From contig JAQVYB010000004.1 of the NCBI GenBank assembly GCA_028708815.1, forward strand, positions 660 to 64,659: a stretch of 64,000 nucleotides of DNA, written 5' to 3'. The notes under the pieces were generated by a model, which was not told the DNA's origin, did no database searches, and saw only the letters and a list, made by a program, of their open reading frames with translations. Positions within the stretch are counted from its first letter, which is position 1; each line of letters begins with the position of its first letter. Below are positions 41,501 through 50,675 of the stretch, piece by piece. The DNA comes from Kiritimatiellia bacterium (GTDB lineage: Bacteria > Verrucomicrobiota > Kiritimatiellia > RZYC01). Made by a program: the position numbers and the translations under genes.

Positions 41501-41763
41501 ATTTCGATGGCGACGGAATCATGGACTTCGGATGCTACCATCCCCCCAGCGGCGGATGGTATATCTATAAAAGCACCGACGGCTACTGGGAAAACCACTT
41601 CGGATTCGAAGGCACTCTCCCCGTCACCGGCGATTTCGATGGCGACGGAATCGAAGACTTCGGATGCTACCATCCGCCGACGGGCGCCTGGTACGTCTAC
41701 AAAAGCAACGAAGGATTCTGGGAAAACTACTTCGGTTACGAAGGCACCATCCCGCTGAATTGA
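38572..41763 (+). CDS. Secreted FG-GAP repeat beta-propeller protein with C-terminal Trp-rich DFDGDG repeats (paralogue B)
   Basis: Identical signal peptide to copy A; diverged FG-GAP propeller half; C-terminal ~350 aa nearly identical to copy A. Confidence 0.8.
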   Translation: MRSIHVLFIAVAFTLFLFTPIAPAVTPLSDPAALTSILYENPAAIANDYFGYGLAIDGNYLLAGVPGRSTYKGGYNLYGKTPDNQWELLRTHTYSQNGAGFGGAVAINENNLLVTADRYDHEGYTDAGGVSVETKSAMGLWEEQPMLVASDPRNNARFGAALCLHESLLAVGANEYNNGRGAAYLFTNTNGAWTQIDRIVPNDLSENDKFGSALAVNNQFLAIGAPQQDLNAIADSGAVYLYENNNGTWTYWKKLDGGNAAGAKFGSAIALSGNVLMIGAPSAPIGGVAVGLVYVYDLGQDSTPISHVLAGANPQLNASFGSTVALDGNLAVVGARFYDGDANSSGRATLYQYDKTRNIWYAIRELPTQTLNASDRFGTSIAVYRNQIACAAPFALQGAATSCGNFYVYDLNQTWFRAGQTAEDYYGHRVGLNGTRLAASAPYRDANGINNSGSVELFRKRGRDWTLEQNLTEDASSRAANNRFGYGMALGRNTLIVSAPGGDYDYVNNGKIYIYKRTGNAWNAVYSRTGQGDNWQYGTTVALNDSHAAATRYNPGNGATYIDTFTRAGNGTWSKDAFSVSPYFGADAGAIGFGCDIAIDGNFMVVGSSSYLLNQGGFHIYKWQTDRWRGVAGTYSMIADDLTGTSVDLCGNLIAAGSPGRSSSQGIVKLYGLGDETLLFYATLSAPDAKDGDRFGYSVAFANQGNTLLVGAYKKHMGDLQDVGAVYVYRKGANNSTWTYDGTIYPPDNGSLTHLDYFGKDIAAFGNSVAAGLYGFNSEDDGDRAGAVAQIQITPFTAPADFDGDGITDFGCYHPPSGGWYVYKSREGYWENHFGYEGTLPFVMDCDGDWKVDFGCYHSASANWYGYGTVKKFWTSAFGNPNTQSITGDFDGDGVVDLGFFDSSIPKFYFMCSTRGYTDDQFGFTDTVPISGDFDGDGIDDYGTYYDVTGAWNIRRSRDGDWANNFGYEGTLPVTGDFDGDGIMDFGCYHPPSGGWYIYKSTDGYWENHFGFEGTLPVTGDFDGDGIEDFGCYHPPTGAWYVYKSNEGFWENYFGYEGTIPLN

Positions 41764-41802
41764 GCACGCCGACAACCCGTTCGGATTCGGCATCGGACAG
41801 TA

Positions 41803-43182
41803 TTACGGTTCCTCGCCGAGGCCCACCAGAGTGGCGAGGCCTCCCGCAGCCGTTTCCCGGTACTTCGGATTCATATCGCGCCCGGTTTCCACCATGGCCC
41901 GAATGGTTTTATCGAGGTCCACCCGGTGGAAGCGCGAGATTTCCGCGCCGGCGATAAGATAGGCCGTATAGGCCTTCACCGCACCCATCGCGTTACGCTC
42001 GATGCACGGAATCTGCACATAGCCACACACCGGATCGCAGGTCATGCCCAGATGATGTTCCAACGCCGTCTCCGCCGCATTTTCCACCACGCGCATCTCG
42101 GAGGTGTTTGCATAGGTCAGCAGCGCCGCCGACATACTCGAAGCCACCCCCACCTCCCCCTGACACCCCACCTCCGCACCCGCGATACTCGCATTGTGCT
42201 TCGCCAAAAAACCAATCACCGCCGCCGCCATCAGCCCGTCCTGCAAGGTCACGTGTTCCATCTTCATGTAGTGCTTCATGAAATAATACGTCGCAGCCAT
42301 AACCCCGGCCGAACCGCACGTGGGCGAAGTCACCACCGGTTGCCCCGCCGCATTCTCTTCCGCCACGGCAAAGGCATACGCACACAGATACAAGAGAAAA
42401 TGATCGCTGCGCCCGGCCAAACGTTTCGCGCGACGATAGATCCCAGGCGCCTTGCGGTAATAGTTGAGCGGGCCGGGCAGCATCCCCTCCACCTCCAGAC
42501 CATGCTCCACCGAACGTTCCATTACCGAAAATAAATAATCCACCTTCGCATAGATTTCCTCCTCCGTTGCGCCGGTAATCGCCCGCTCATTATCAATCAC
42601 CAGCTCCACCAAACGAAGATTCTTTGTTTCCATCAGCTTTTTCAGCTCGCGCATGGTGGTGAAAGGGTGCACCGGATCGCCACGCTCCGGCGCCACATAG
42701 CCGTCCCACTGCAGAAAACCCCCGCCCACCGAATAGTATTCCCGCTCCGAAAGCACCCCGCCCTGCGCATCAAGCAGACGAATACGAAGCGTATTGCTGT
42801 TGGGCAGATTCGTCCGCTCCAGGTCAAAGATAATATCTGCCTCGCGGAAGCTGATCGAACCCGGACGAAGCTCGATTTTCCATGTACCCTCAGGACTATC
42901 CAGCAGACCATCCAGATACCCCAGCGGACACTGCTCCGGCGCCACACCCAGTAACCCGCCGAGCACCGCCTTGTCCGTGCCATGCCCTTTGCCGGTGGCG
43001 CTCAACGAACCATACAGCGTCACCTCCACCCGCGCAGCCTGACGTTTCTTTTCCGCCGACAGCCCGCGAATCTGCTGCAAAAAATGATAGCCCGCCTTCA
43101 TGGGGCCGATCGTATGCGAACTCGAGGGCCCCGGCCCCACCTTGAACAAATCAAAAACCGATGTCACGATCCCGCCGCTCAT
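41803..43182 (-). CDS. sdaA: L-serine dehydratase (L-serine ammonia-lyase), single-chain iron-sulfur type
   Basis: N-terminal FDLFKVGPGPSSSHTIGPM motif and full-length similarity pattern to SdaA-type enzymes (459 aa). Confidence 0.9.
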   Translation of the reverse strand: MSGGIVTSVFDLFKVGPGPSSSHTIGPMKAGYHFLQQIRGLSAEKKRQAARVEVTLYGSLSATGKGHGTDKAVLGGLLGVAPEQCPLGYLDGLLDSPEGTWKIELRPGSISFREADIIFDLERTNLPNSNTLRIRLLDAQGGVLSEREYYSVGGGFLQWDGYVAPERGDPVHPFTTMRELKKLMETKNLRLVELVIDNERAITGATEEEIYAKVDYLFSVMERSVEHGLEVEGMLPGPLNYYRKAPGIYRRAKRLAGRSDHFLLYLCAYAFAVAEENAAGQPVVTSPTCGSAGVMAATYYFMKHYMKMEHVTLQDGLMAAAVIGFLAKHNASIAGAEVGCQGEVGVASSMSAALLTYANTSEMRVVENAAETALEHHLGMTCDPVCGYVQIPCIERNAMGAVKAYTAYLIAGAEISRFHRVDLDKTIRAMVETGRDMNPKYRETAAGGLATLVGLGEEP

Positions 43183-43205
43183 AAACGCCTCTCCTTTTCC
43201 GCCAC

Positions 43206-45296
43206 TCAGGCGCGGCGCGTGCCCGCTGCGTCCGTTCGGCCAAGCGCTTCGTGAAGATCGGAAGCCACCACGTTGGCAATCTTCTCGGAGACGCCTTTGT
43301 TCTCCATCAGTTCTCCGAGGGTTCTCATCTCCAGAATAAGCCCGAGTCGTCGAATGGCCGACTCCTGCAAAGCCCGTAGTGCAGAATCGTAGTGAGTGGA
43401 GAGCGACTGCAGGTTTTGCGAAGCCGTCTCATGCAGCGCACGAAAGAACAACTGACAGAACATCAGCGCATCCTCGTCCGCCCCGCTCAGCTCTGCGAGG
43501 CGCGGCAGCACCTGCTCGGTATGCCGGTTCGCCTCCGACATCGCCAGGCAGATCGAATAGTCCAGTTTCAGCTTCCACTTGCGTACCTGGGCGGCAGGCG
43601 CACTGTTCGGGGCCACCCGGTCCAACAGGCGCACCAGGGCGTTATTACATCGCTCTTCAAGAGAAAGCACGCGCCGCACGCGCGGAGGAATCACCGCTTG
43701 AGCCACATCCTCCCGACACATATCCAGAAAATGCTCCAGTTCCCGCAGCACCGATTCCCGGATGAACCCCAGCTCATACATCTTGGTCCAAACTCCATCC
43801 GTTGAATTAAACGCCTGCTCCCAGAGCATCCGCGTACAAACGGCCGCAGGCAGTGGATTCCCCGAGCTCATTTGTTTTTCTGCCGCATCCACCTCCGCCC
43901 GGTAAACGGTCATGCTCCGCTGAAGCAATTCGCGATCCGGCATCTTCCAACCGCTTTCAATAGCGGTCAGCTCCTTCAGACTCTCACGCCTGATCGCCAG
44001 TTCCGTATTTGTTTTTTCATACCTATCGAGCAGCGAAAGCCGATCCAACCGCATCCAGTGCATAAAGCGATTGATGGACATCCCCTGAATAATCAGCGTG
44101 AACATCACCACGCCAAGGGTGAAATCCAGAATCAGCAACCGGTTCATCTCGCCGCCCACCTGCGCCGCCGTCAGGCTCATCGCCAACCCGATCGGAAGCG
44201 CGCCGCGCAAACCGCCCCAGAACATCAACACCTGGTACGGCACGCGAATCGGACGCTGTTTGCCGAATCGGTTCATCAGCGGGACAATGCCGAAGATCAC
44301 CACAGCCCGGGCAAACAGCACCGTCAAAACCGCCAGTGCCACATATTTCCCAACCTGGGTTATATGGGTGGCATCGCGCGTCAGGTAATCCTCGGTCAAA
44401 CCCAGCAGCAGAAAAATGTAGCTGTTGGCGGCAAACGAGGCGAATTCCCAGAACTGCTTGATGTATGTACGCGCCGTCGGCGTAAAACGGGTCGGGCGGT
44501 AATAACCCACCACGAGACCTGCGCCCACCACGGCCATGACACCCGACAAATCCAGATAAAACTGCGCCAAAATAAAGGCCGCATAGGCCACCACCGTGGT
44601 TATGCCGATTTCAATCAGTGGTTCTTCGCGGGCAAGCGAAAGGAGCTGCACCATCACAAAGCCCACCAGAGCGCCCACCAGCGTCCCCCCCGCAAACACC
44701 GTCACAAACTGAAGCCCCGCCTGAAACAGCGTTGCCGCGCCCAACGCCACCCCGCTCGTGAGAAGCCCCAGGACAATATTGAACATCACAATGGCCGTCG
44801 CATCATTAAAGAGACTTTCCCCGTCCACCAGCATCGTCAGGCGTTTGGGCGCACCCAGCTCCTTGAACATGGCAATCACCGCCACCGGATCCGTCGCGGA
44901 AATCAGGCCGCCGAACAACATCGCAGCGCCCAGCGAAAGCGGCGTCCAGCGGGCGGTCAGCAGGCCGGTGATGACCGTGGCAATCACCAAACCAGGCGCT
45001 GCCAGAATCAACACCGGGCGCAGATTCTTGATCAACAGCCGCGCATCCATATTCACCGCCGCGTCAAACACCAGAGTCGGCAGCAGGATGTAGAGAATGA
45101 TATTGGGAGTCAGATGAATATGCTTCATGGGGCCGAGCCAGTGATAGTGATTTCCCAGCACCCCCAGCAACAAGCCGATCAGCACCAATCCAACCGTATA
45201 GGGAAACTTGATGCGCTTGAAAAATATCGCCGCCAGGCAGGAAAACAGCAGCATCAATACCAGGCAACTAATCACCGAAACCGGAATATCAGCCAT
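43206..45296 (-). CDS. Na+/H+ antiporter, CPA1/NhaP family, with C-terminal cytoplasmic regulatory domain
   Basis: ~12 TM helices with the CPA1 motif region (ATDPVAVIAMFKELG, ESLFNDATAIV); ~250-aa soluble C-terminal domain. Confidence 0.85.
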   Translation of the reverse strand: MADIPVSVISCLVLMLLFSCLAAIFFKRIKFPYTVGLVLIGLLLGVLGNHYHWLGPMKHIHLTPNIILYILLPTLVFDAAVNMDARLLIKNLRPVLILAAPGLVIATVITGLLTARWTPLSLGAAMLFGGLISATDPVAVIAMFKELGAPKRLTMLVDGESLFNDATAIVMFNIVLGLLTSGVALGAATLFQAGLQFVTVFAGGTLVGALVGFVMVQLLSLAREEPLIEIGITTVVAYAAFILAQFYLDLSGVMAVVGAGLVVGYYRPTRFTPTARTYIKQFWEFASFAANSYIFLLLGLTEDYLTRDATHITQVGKYVALAVLTVLFARAVVIFGIVPLMNRFGKQRPIRVPYQVLMFWGGLRGALPIGLAMSLTAAQVGGEMNRLLILDFTLGVVMFTLIIQGMSINRFMHWMRLDRLSLLDRYEKTNTELAIRRESLKELTAIESGWKMPDRELLQRSMTVYRAEVDAAEKQMSSGNPLPAAVCTRMLWEQAFNSTDGVWTKMYELGFIRESVLRELEHFLDMCREDVAQAVIPPRVRRVLSLEERCNNALVRLLDRVAPNSAPAAQVRKWKLKLDYSICLAMSEANRHTEQVLPRLAELSGADEDALMFCQLFFRALHETASQNLQSLSTHYDSALRALQESAIRRLGLILEMRTLGELMENKGVSEKIANVVASDLHEALGRTDAAGTRRA

Positions 45297-45422
45297 GAAG
45301 CACCTCCCAGGGTTAAAACGACGCGACAGATAGTATCAGGAGATTCTTTTTATTCAAGCAATTGCACGGCGTGCCCCCCCCCTCCTCCTTCTTTCCCTTT
45401 TTTGAGCCGCAAAAAAGCCCGT

Positions 45423-46913
45423 TCACCGGCCAACGCGGCACGCGTTCAGCCGATGTTCTTCCGCCAACTCGACCAGATAGCGCGGGGGTTTGCTGCGCCT
45501 GCCGTCGTGCAGAAAATCGGACAACAGGGCGCGGGCGGCTTCCGGGGCGCTCCATCCCGATGCGGTCAGATGCTCCAGCACACCGCGAATCAAATCGAGC
45601 ATCGGGATGCCGTGCGTGCGTTGAAAGCGGGCGGAAAGCGCGTCGGAAAGCTCCATGAAAAGGGTGAAGAGGGAGTCGCCGCGGGCGGTGATGAGCGCCA
45701 TGGTTTGCGGGAATTGACGGCGGTTGTGCAGGAGTTCCCAGAAGTCGGCGAATTGTTTGAGGCGGCGGATATCGGACGGCGTGAGAGTGGAAGTCTGCAA
45801 CACATCATAAGGGGGAGCGGGCGCATAACGCATGCCCCACGCCTCGGTATGGCGGCCCATCGGGACGCCGTGCAGCTTCTTCAAAATGCCCACCTGAACT
45901 TCCTGCGCGCCAATGCGGGCGAGACGATCGAAGCCTGCGGCAAACCCCTCGAACGTTTCACCGGGAAGACCCACAATGAGATCTGCATGAACCACTGCGC
46001 CGGCCTGTATAAGGTGGCGGAGATTGGTGTCGGCGACATCGACGGCGCATCGGCGCCGAATGCGTTCAGCCACATCAGGGGCATACGTTTGAATACCGGC
46101 CTCGATGTGAAGAGCGCCCGGCGGAAACGCGCGCACCATTTCAAGAAAAGCCGGGCTGATGCGATCGGGGATCACTTCAAGGTGAAGGATCATCCCCTCC
46201 GGTTTTCGCTCCAGGAAAAACTGCAGGATGGCCAGGGCCTCTTCGTCCCGAATATTGAAGCAGCGGTCCAGAAATTTGAAACGCCGCGCACCGCGCTCGA
46301 GCAGCGCCTCGAACGCAGGTAGGAGCCGGTCCAACGGAAAAAAACGGACGCCGGCATCGAGCGAAGAGAGACAGTAGTCGCATTGAAAGGGACACCCGCG
46401 CGAGGCTTCCACATAAAGCATGCGATGCGCAAGATCGGCATCCGCATATTCGGCGTATGGCAAGGTGATGTGCGTCACATCCGGTGGTTCCGCCGCATGG
46501 TGTTTTCCCTCCGGCGGGTCGCCGGAAAGAATACGGCGGCACAGCTCCGGGAAAAGCACCTCCCCTTCTCCACATACCCGATAATCCACCTGCTCAATCA
46601 GGGCATGCGATGCCGGCAAATACCCCGCCTCCGGACCACCGCAAAGGATGTGCCCGGCAAATCCAGCCCGACGCAGGCGGCGGACCACCTCCTCCATCAG
46701 GGTCACATTCCAAATGTAGACGCTGCATCCGAGAATGTCGGGCGGTTCGTCGAGAATACGGGCGACGATCTGTTCAGGGGCGGCATGCAGATCAAACTCC
46801 AGCAGGCGGGTGATATCCCGCAGCTCGCCCATATTGGCCGCCAGCGAACGAATCCCGTGCGCCGTATGGCTGTACCGGGCATTTACCGCCAGAAGGACGA
46901 TGCGGCGGGACAT
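45423..46913 (-). CDS. B12-binding domain-containing radical SAM protein (with C-terminal DUF4080-like region)
   Basis: N-terminal cobalamin-binding-like fold (RIVLLAVNARYSH), radical SAM CxxxCxxC (RGCPFQCDYC), class-B radical SAM architecture. Confidence 0.85.
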   Translation of the reverse strand: MSRRIVLLAVNARYSHTAHGIRSLAANMGELRDITRLLEFDLHAAPEQIVARILDEPPDILGCSVYIWNVTLMEEVVRRLRRAGFAGHILCGGPEAGYLPASHALIEQVDYRVCGEGEVLFPELCRRILSGDPPEGKHHAAEPPDVTHITLPYAEYADADLAHRMLYVEASRGCPFQCDYCLSSLDAGVRFFPLDRLLPAFEALLERGARRFKFLDRCFNIRDEEALAILQFFLERKPEGMILHLEVIPDRISPAFLEMVRAFPPGALHIEAGIQTYAPDVAERIRRRCAVDVADTNLRHLIQAGAVVHADLIVGLPGETFEGFAAGFDRLARIGAQEVQVGILKKLHGVPMGRHTEAWGMRYAPAPPYDVLQTSTLTPSDIRRLKQFADFWELLHNRRQFPQTMALITARGDSLFTLFMELSDALSARFQRTHGIPMLDLIRGVLEHLTASGWSAPEAARALLSDFLHDGRRSKPPRYLVELAEEHRLNACRVGR

Positions 46914-46915
46914 GG

Positions 46916-47656
46916 CTACTCCGCCGGGGCGTTCTTGCTCTTGAGTACGCGTGCAGGCACGCCGGCGGCCAGCGAATAATCACCCACATTCTTATGCACC
47001 AGCGCACAGGCCGCAATCACGCAACGCCGGCCGATCGTCACCCCGTCGAGCACGGTCACACGCGCTCCGAGCCAGCAATCCTCTCCGATGCGGGTGGGGC
47101 CCTTCGTACACATGCCCGACTGCTCCGCATAGGGCGTCGGATCCGTCTGATCATACTCACCCCCACTCAGAAAATAGGAGTAAGCACCGATCATGGTGCC
47201 CGCGCCGATCGAGAGATCCCGACACGAAAATATCTGGCAATTCGAGGAGAGATTGACCTTCTGCTCCAGGGTGATATTCCCCCCCTTGCAATACACAATG
47301 GAATTGCGCCCGATATACACGTGATCGCCCAGCACAATGCCTTCATTACCATCGCCCTTGGCATCGATCACGGCATTGTCATCGATGATGACATGGTCCC
47401 CGATCCGGATTTTGTGCGGATGCCGAATGGTGACATCCCGTCCGAAAACCACCTTTTTTCCAATGGTTGGAAAGATCAGCGGATAGAACATCGAACGCAG
47501 ACCGAGACCGAGCAACCCCGGAATCCAGCCAAAGAGCGTGATGACCGCCTCGGCAAGCAAAACACGCCCGAGCGATAACTCCCCATACATCATCGCCCGA
47601 TACTTCGAAAAGGCATTCTTTTTGGCAATGGATTTTACCTTGTAGTCTATGGTCAT
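46916..47656 (-). CDS. Hexapeptide-repeat (left-handed beta-helix) acyl/acetyltransferase
   Basis: Repeating [LIV]-G-x4 hexapeptides (IGDHVIIDDNAVID, IVLGDHVYIGRNSIV, IGAGTMIGA, LGARVTVLDGVTIG); start at ATG 47656; 2-nt gap to the rSAM start. Confidence 0.75.
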   Translation of the reverse strand: MTIDYKVKSIAKKNAFSKYRAMMYGELSLGRVLLAEAVITLFGWIPGLLGLGLRSMFYPLIFPTIGKKVVFGRDVTIRHPHKIRIGDHVIIDDNAVIDAKGDGNEGIVLGDHVYIGRNSIVYCKGGNITLEQKVNLSSNCQIFSCRDLSIGAGTMIGAYSYFLSGGEYDQTDPTPYAEQSGMCTKGPTRIGEDCWLGARVTVLDGVTIGRRCVIAACALVHKNVGDYSLAAGVPARVLKSKNAPAE

Positions 47657-47715
47657 ATGGTCCCCGTCCCTGTTTACTCTTTTTGCGCGGGCCAAGCCCG
47701 CAATCAGCACACGCC

Positions 47716-49590
47716 TTACGATTGCTCCAGAAACCGTCGGTGCCAGATGGCGGTGTGAATCAGCCCCCACAGCACATGGTTGTGATTATGCTTCATGGCG
47801 AGATGCTCGTCAATCAGTTGATTCACATAGGGCAGGTTCATGTTCTCACGAATGACGGGCGACTCATTGAGCAGACTGATCATAAAACCCTTGAGTTGGG
47901 TGCGCAGGAAATTTTTGACCGGCAGGCTGTAGCCCTGTTTTCCCCGGTAAATAATCGAATTCGGGAGCATGCCTTCGAGCGCCTTGCGGAAGATATACTT
48001 CGTCTGCATACCCTTGAGCTTCCAGTCACCCGGCAGGAGCGCGAGATATTCGAGCAGACGATGATCCAGCAGCGGCACCCGTATCTCAAGGGAATTGGCC
48101 ATGCTCATGCGGTCCACCTTCATCAGCACGCTGTCGGTCATCTGATAGCGCGTATCCAGATACGCCTCCCGATTCACCCGGTCGCGGGTGCGACATTTGA
48201 GATCATACTCATGCAGCCGCGCAAAACCATCCAGATTCACGTCGCCGCGAAACGACTCATTGAAGAGCGCCGCATCCTGCCGCGCGTTCGAAAAATACTG
48301 CCAACGAAGGTGCCGTCCCTCTTCGGGCAGACAGGATCCCTCGATGAACCGCTTCAGCATGTTGATGGCGCCCTTCTTCTGCGGCTGATCCGGAAGCAGC
48401 CCGACCAACCCCGAAATCACCGGCTGACGCAGCGGTCTCGGCAGCAGGCTGTACCAACTGTTCATCTTACTGGCCTTGAAACGGTCGTAGCCCACGAACA
48501 CCTCGTCGCCGCCCTCCCCGCTCAGACACACCGTAATATCCTTCTTCGCCTCCTGACAAATCAGCATCAGCGGAATCGAGGAAAGGTCCGTCATGGGTTC
48601 ATCAAAGTGCCAAAGCGATTTTTCGATCAGCTCCTCGGTCATCTCATCAATCATCAGCACATGATGTTCGGTTCCGAACTGATCGGCAACGATCTGCGCA
48701 TATTCCAACTCGCTGAACGTCTTGTCTTGGTAACCAATGGTAAAGGTACGCAGCGGCCCGGTCACATGACGGCGCATCATGGCCACAATGGTGCTGGAGT
48801 CCAGCCCGCCGGAAAGAAAGGCGCCCAACGGCACATCGGAGACCAACTGACTGCGCACCGCATCATCCAGCAGCCCGCGAATCCGCTCAATCGCCTCTCC
48901 CTCGGTAATATCCCGCGACGGCTCTTCCGGAAATTCCAGATCCCAATACTCCCGAATTTCCGTCTTGCCGCCGCGACGGATCAGATAGTGCCCCGCCGGA
49001 AGCTTCATAATATGCCGAAACATCGTTTCCGGCGCCGGCACAAATTCGCACCCAATGTAGGCAAAGAGCGCCTGCCGGTTCAGCTCGCGCGGCACGCACG
49101 GCGCCTCCAGCATGGCCTTGATTTCCGAGCCGAACACAAACCGCCCATCCCGCTCATAATAATAAACCGGCTTCACCCCGATATGATCACGCGCCATCAG
49201 AAAAGTCCCGCTCCGCGCATCCCAAATCGCAAACGCAAAAATGCCGCGCAGCTTCGGAATAATTTCTTCGCCGTATTCCTCATAGCCATGCACAATCACT
49301 TCGGTATCGCTGTGGCTGGCGAACACATGCCCCTTGCCAACCAGCTCCTCGCGCAGCTCCTGAAAATTATAGATCTCCCCGTTGAAGACAATCTGCACCG
49401 AGCCATCCTCATTGCCCATGGGTTGGCGCCCGTGTTCGCTCAGGTCAATGATGCTGAGCCGACGATGCGCAAAACTCCAATCCCCGCAGGCAAACACGCC
49501 CTCCTGATCCGGCCCCCGGTGCGCAATCGTCAACGCCATCCGACGCGCCAGTTCCGCATCATTCCAATTAAACCCGCAAATCCCGCACAT
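47716..49590 (-). CDS. asnB: Asparagine synthase (glutamine-hydrolysing) family amidotransferase
   Basis: N-terminal Ntn Cys (MCGICGF), glutaminase domain, PP-loop SGGLDSS in synthetase domain; 624 aa. Confidence 0.9.
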   Translation of the reverse strand: MCGICGFNWNDAELARRMALTIAHRGPDQEGVFACGDWSFAHRRLSIIDLSEHGRQPMGNEDGSVQIVFNGEIYNFQELREELVGKGHVFASHSDTEVIVHGYEEYGEEIIPKLRGIFAFAIWDARSGTFLMARDHIGVKPVYYYERDGRFVFGSEIKAMLEAPCVPRELNRQALFAYIGCEFVPAPETMFRHIMKLPAGHYLIRRGGKTEIREYWDLEFPEEPSRDITEGEAIERIRGLLDDAVRSQLVSDVPLGAFLSGGLDSSTIVAMMRRHVTGPLRTFTIGYQDKTFSELEYAQIVADQFGTEHHVLMIDEMTEELIEKSLWHFDEPMTDLSSIPLMLICQEAKKDITVCLSGEGGDEVFVGYDRFKASKMNSWYSLLPRPLRQPVISGLVGLLPDQPQKKGAINMLKRFIEGSCLPEEGRHLRWQYFSNARQDAALFNESFRGDVNLDGFARLHEYDLKCRTRDRVNREAYLDTRYQMTDSVLMKVDRMSMANSLEIRVPLLDHRLLEYLALLPGDWKLKGMQTKYIFRKALEGMLPNSIIYRGKQGYSLPVKNFLRTQLKGFMISLLNESPVIRENMNLPYVNQLIDEHLAMKHNHNHVLWGLIHTAIWHRRFLEQS

Positions 49591-49665
49591 AACCCATTCC
49601 CATCCTTTTTACTCAGCCCGACGAATTCCAACATTTCCAAGCAGTGGAAAGGTATTTCCCAGTTT

Positions 49666-49774
49666 TTCCAATCATTGGAAAGTTTTTTCCCGGTTTTTCC
49701 AATCATTGGAAACTTTTTTCCCGGGTTTTCCAATCATTGGAAACTTTTTGTTTCGTAATTTCCACGGATTGGAA
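49666..49774. repeat. Three to four copies of the TTCCAATCATTGGAA inverted-repeat element at 31-bp phasing
   Basis: Cores at 49666, 49697 and 49728 (31-bp spacing) plus a degenerate copy TTCCACGGATTGGAA at 49760 and half-site remnants at 49626-49650; located in the divergent asnB / STAS-gene intergenic region. Confidence 0.85.
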
Positions 49775-49806
49775 TATACTGGTCTTCAAATCGGAGTTGA
49801 CCCATT

Positions 49807-50130
49807 GTGAAGCTCGACCTGGTACATAAGAACAGCGGCGTAATTCTGCGTGTGGACGGTGCGCTGGACCATGCCACCGCACAGAAATTCGCCAAGAAAT
49901 GCTACGAGCTGCTCTCCCTGAATGCCGCCAAAATCGCCATTGATTTGCGCAAGGCTGATTTTGTGGGCAGCGCGAGCGTCTGCACGATTGTGGCGGTCGG
50001 GAAAAAAATTCAGGCCCGCCAGGGGGAATATTATCTCTCCCTCAGCAGTCCGGCGGAACAGGCCTTGGAATTCAGCGGTTTTAAATCCGTCTTTTCCATT
50101 GTGGACGATCCGGAGGCCGTCATTGATTAA
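49807..50130 (+). CDS. STAS-domain anti-sigma-factor antagonist (RsbV/SpoIIAA-like)
   Basis: STAS fold with conserved phosphorylatable Ser context (DFVGSASVCTIV); GTG start. Confidence 0.8.
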   Translation: MKLDLVHKNSGVILRVDGALDHATAQKFAKKCYELLSLNAAKIAIDLRKADFVGSASVCTIVAVGKKIQARQGEYYLSLSSPAEQALEFSGFKSVFSIVDDPEAVID

Positions 50131-50551
50131 CCGGCTGAATGAGTTCAACTTCATACCGATTCCAGCGGATGAAAAAGCCCTGGAAACCGCACGCCAATTC
50201 GTGCTCGAACAGGCCGAGCGCCTGAACCTGCCCGCGCCCATCATTTTCAAAATCGAACTGGCTCTGGAGGAAATTCTCGTCAATGTGGTTCATTATGCCT
50301 ATCCGCCCGGAACAACCGGCGTGGTGGATGTCGGCTGCCTGACGGATGAAGCCGGCATCTCCCTGTGTATTGCCGACAGCGGTCGCCCCTTCAACCCTCT
50401 CGAAAAGGAAAAACCCGATTTGGACATCGAACTCGAAGAGCGGCAAATCGGCGGGTTGGGCATTTTTCTGACACGCGAGATGGTGGATGCCATCGAGTAC
50501 CGCCGGGAGCAGGACCGCAACATCATCACCTTCACCATCCGCAAACCCTAG
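50123..50551 (+). CDS. Anti-sigma regulatory factor Ser/Thr kinase (RsbW/SpoIIAB-like GHKL ATPase)
   Basis: HATPase_c N-box (ELALEEILVNVVHYAY) and G-boxes (DSGRPFNP, GGLGIFL); likely TTG start at 50123 overlapping the STAS stop by 8 nt, RBS CGGAGG. Confidence 0.7.
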   Translation: MINRLNEFNFIPIPADEKALETARQFVLEQAERLNLPAPIIFKIELALEEILVNVVHYAYPPGTTGVVDVGCLTDEAGISLCIADSGRPFNPLEKEKPDLDIELEERQIGGLGIFLTREMVDAIEYRREQDRNIITFTIRKP

Positions 50552-50675
50552 CAATCCGGTGGTCGTTCGGTGTTTTCATACACGACCACACAGCTCTGCG
50601 CTAATGACTTCGACCTGCTCCAACCCGTGATAGCGTCCGTTTAAAAAAACGCCGGGGACACGAACCCGCCTGAAC

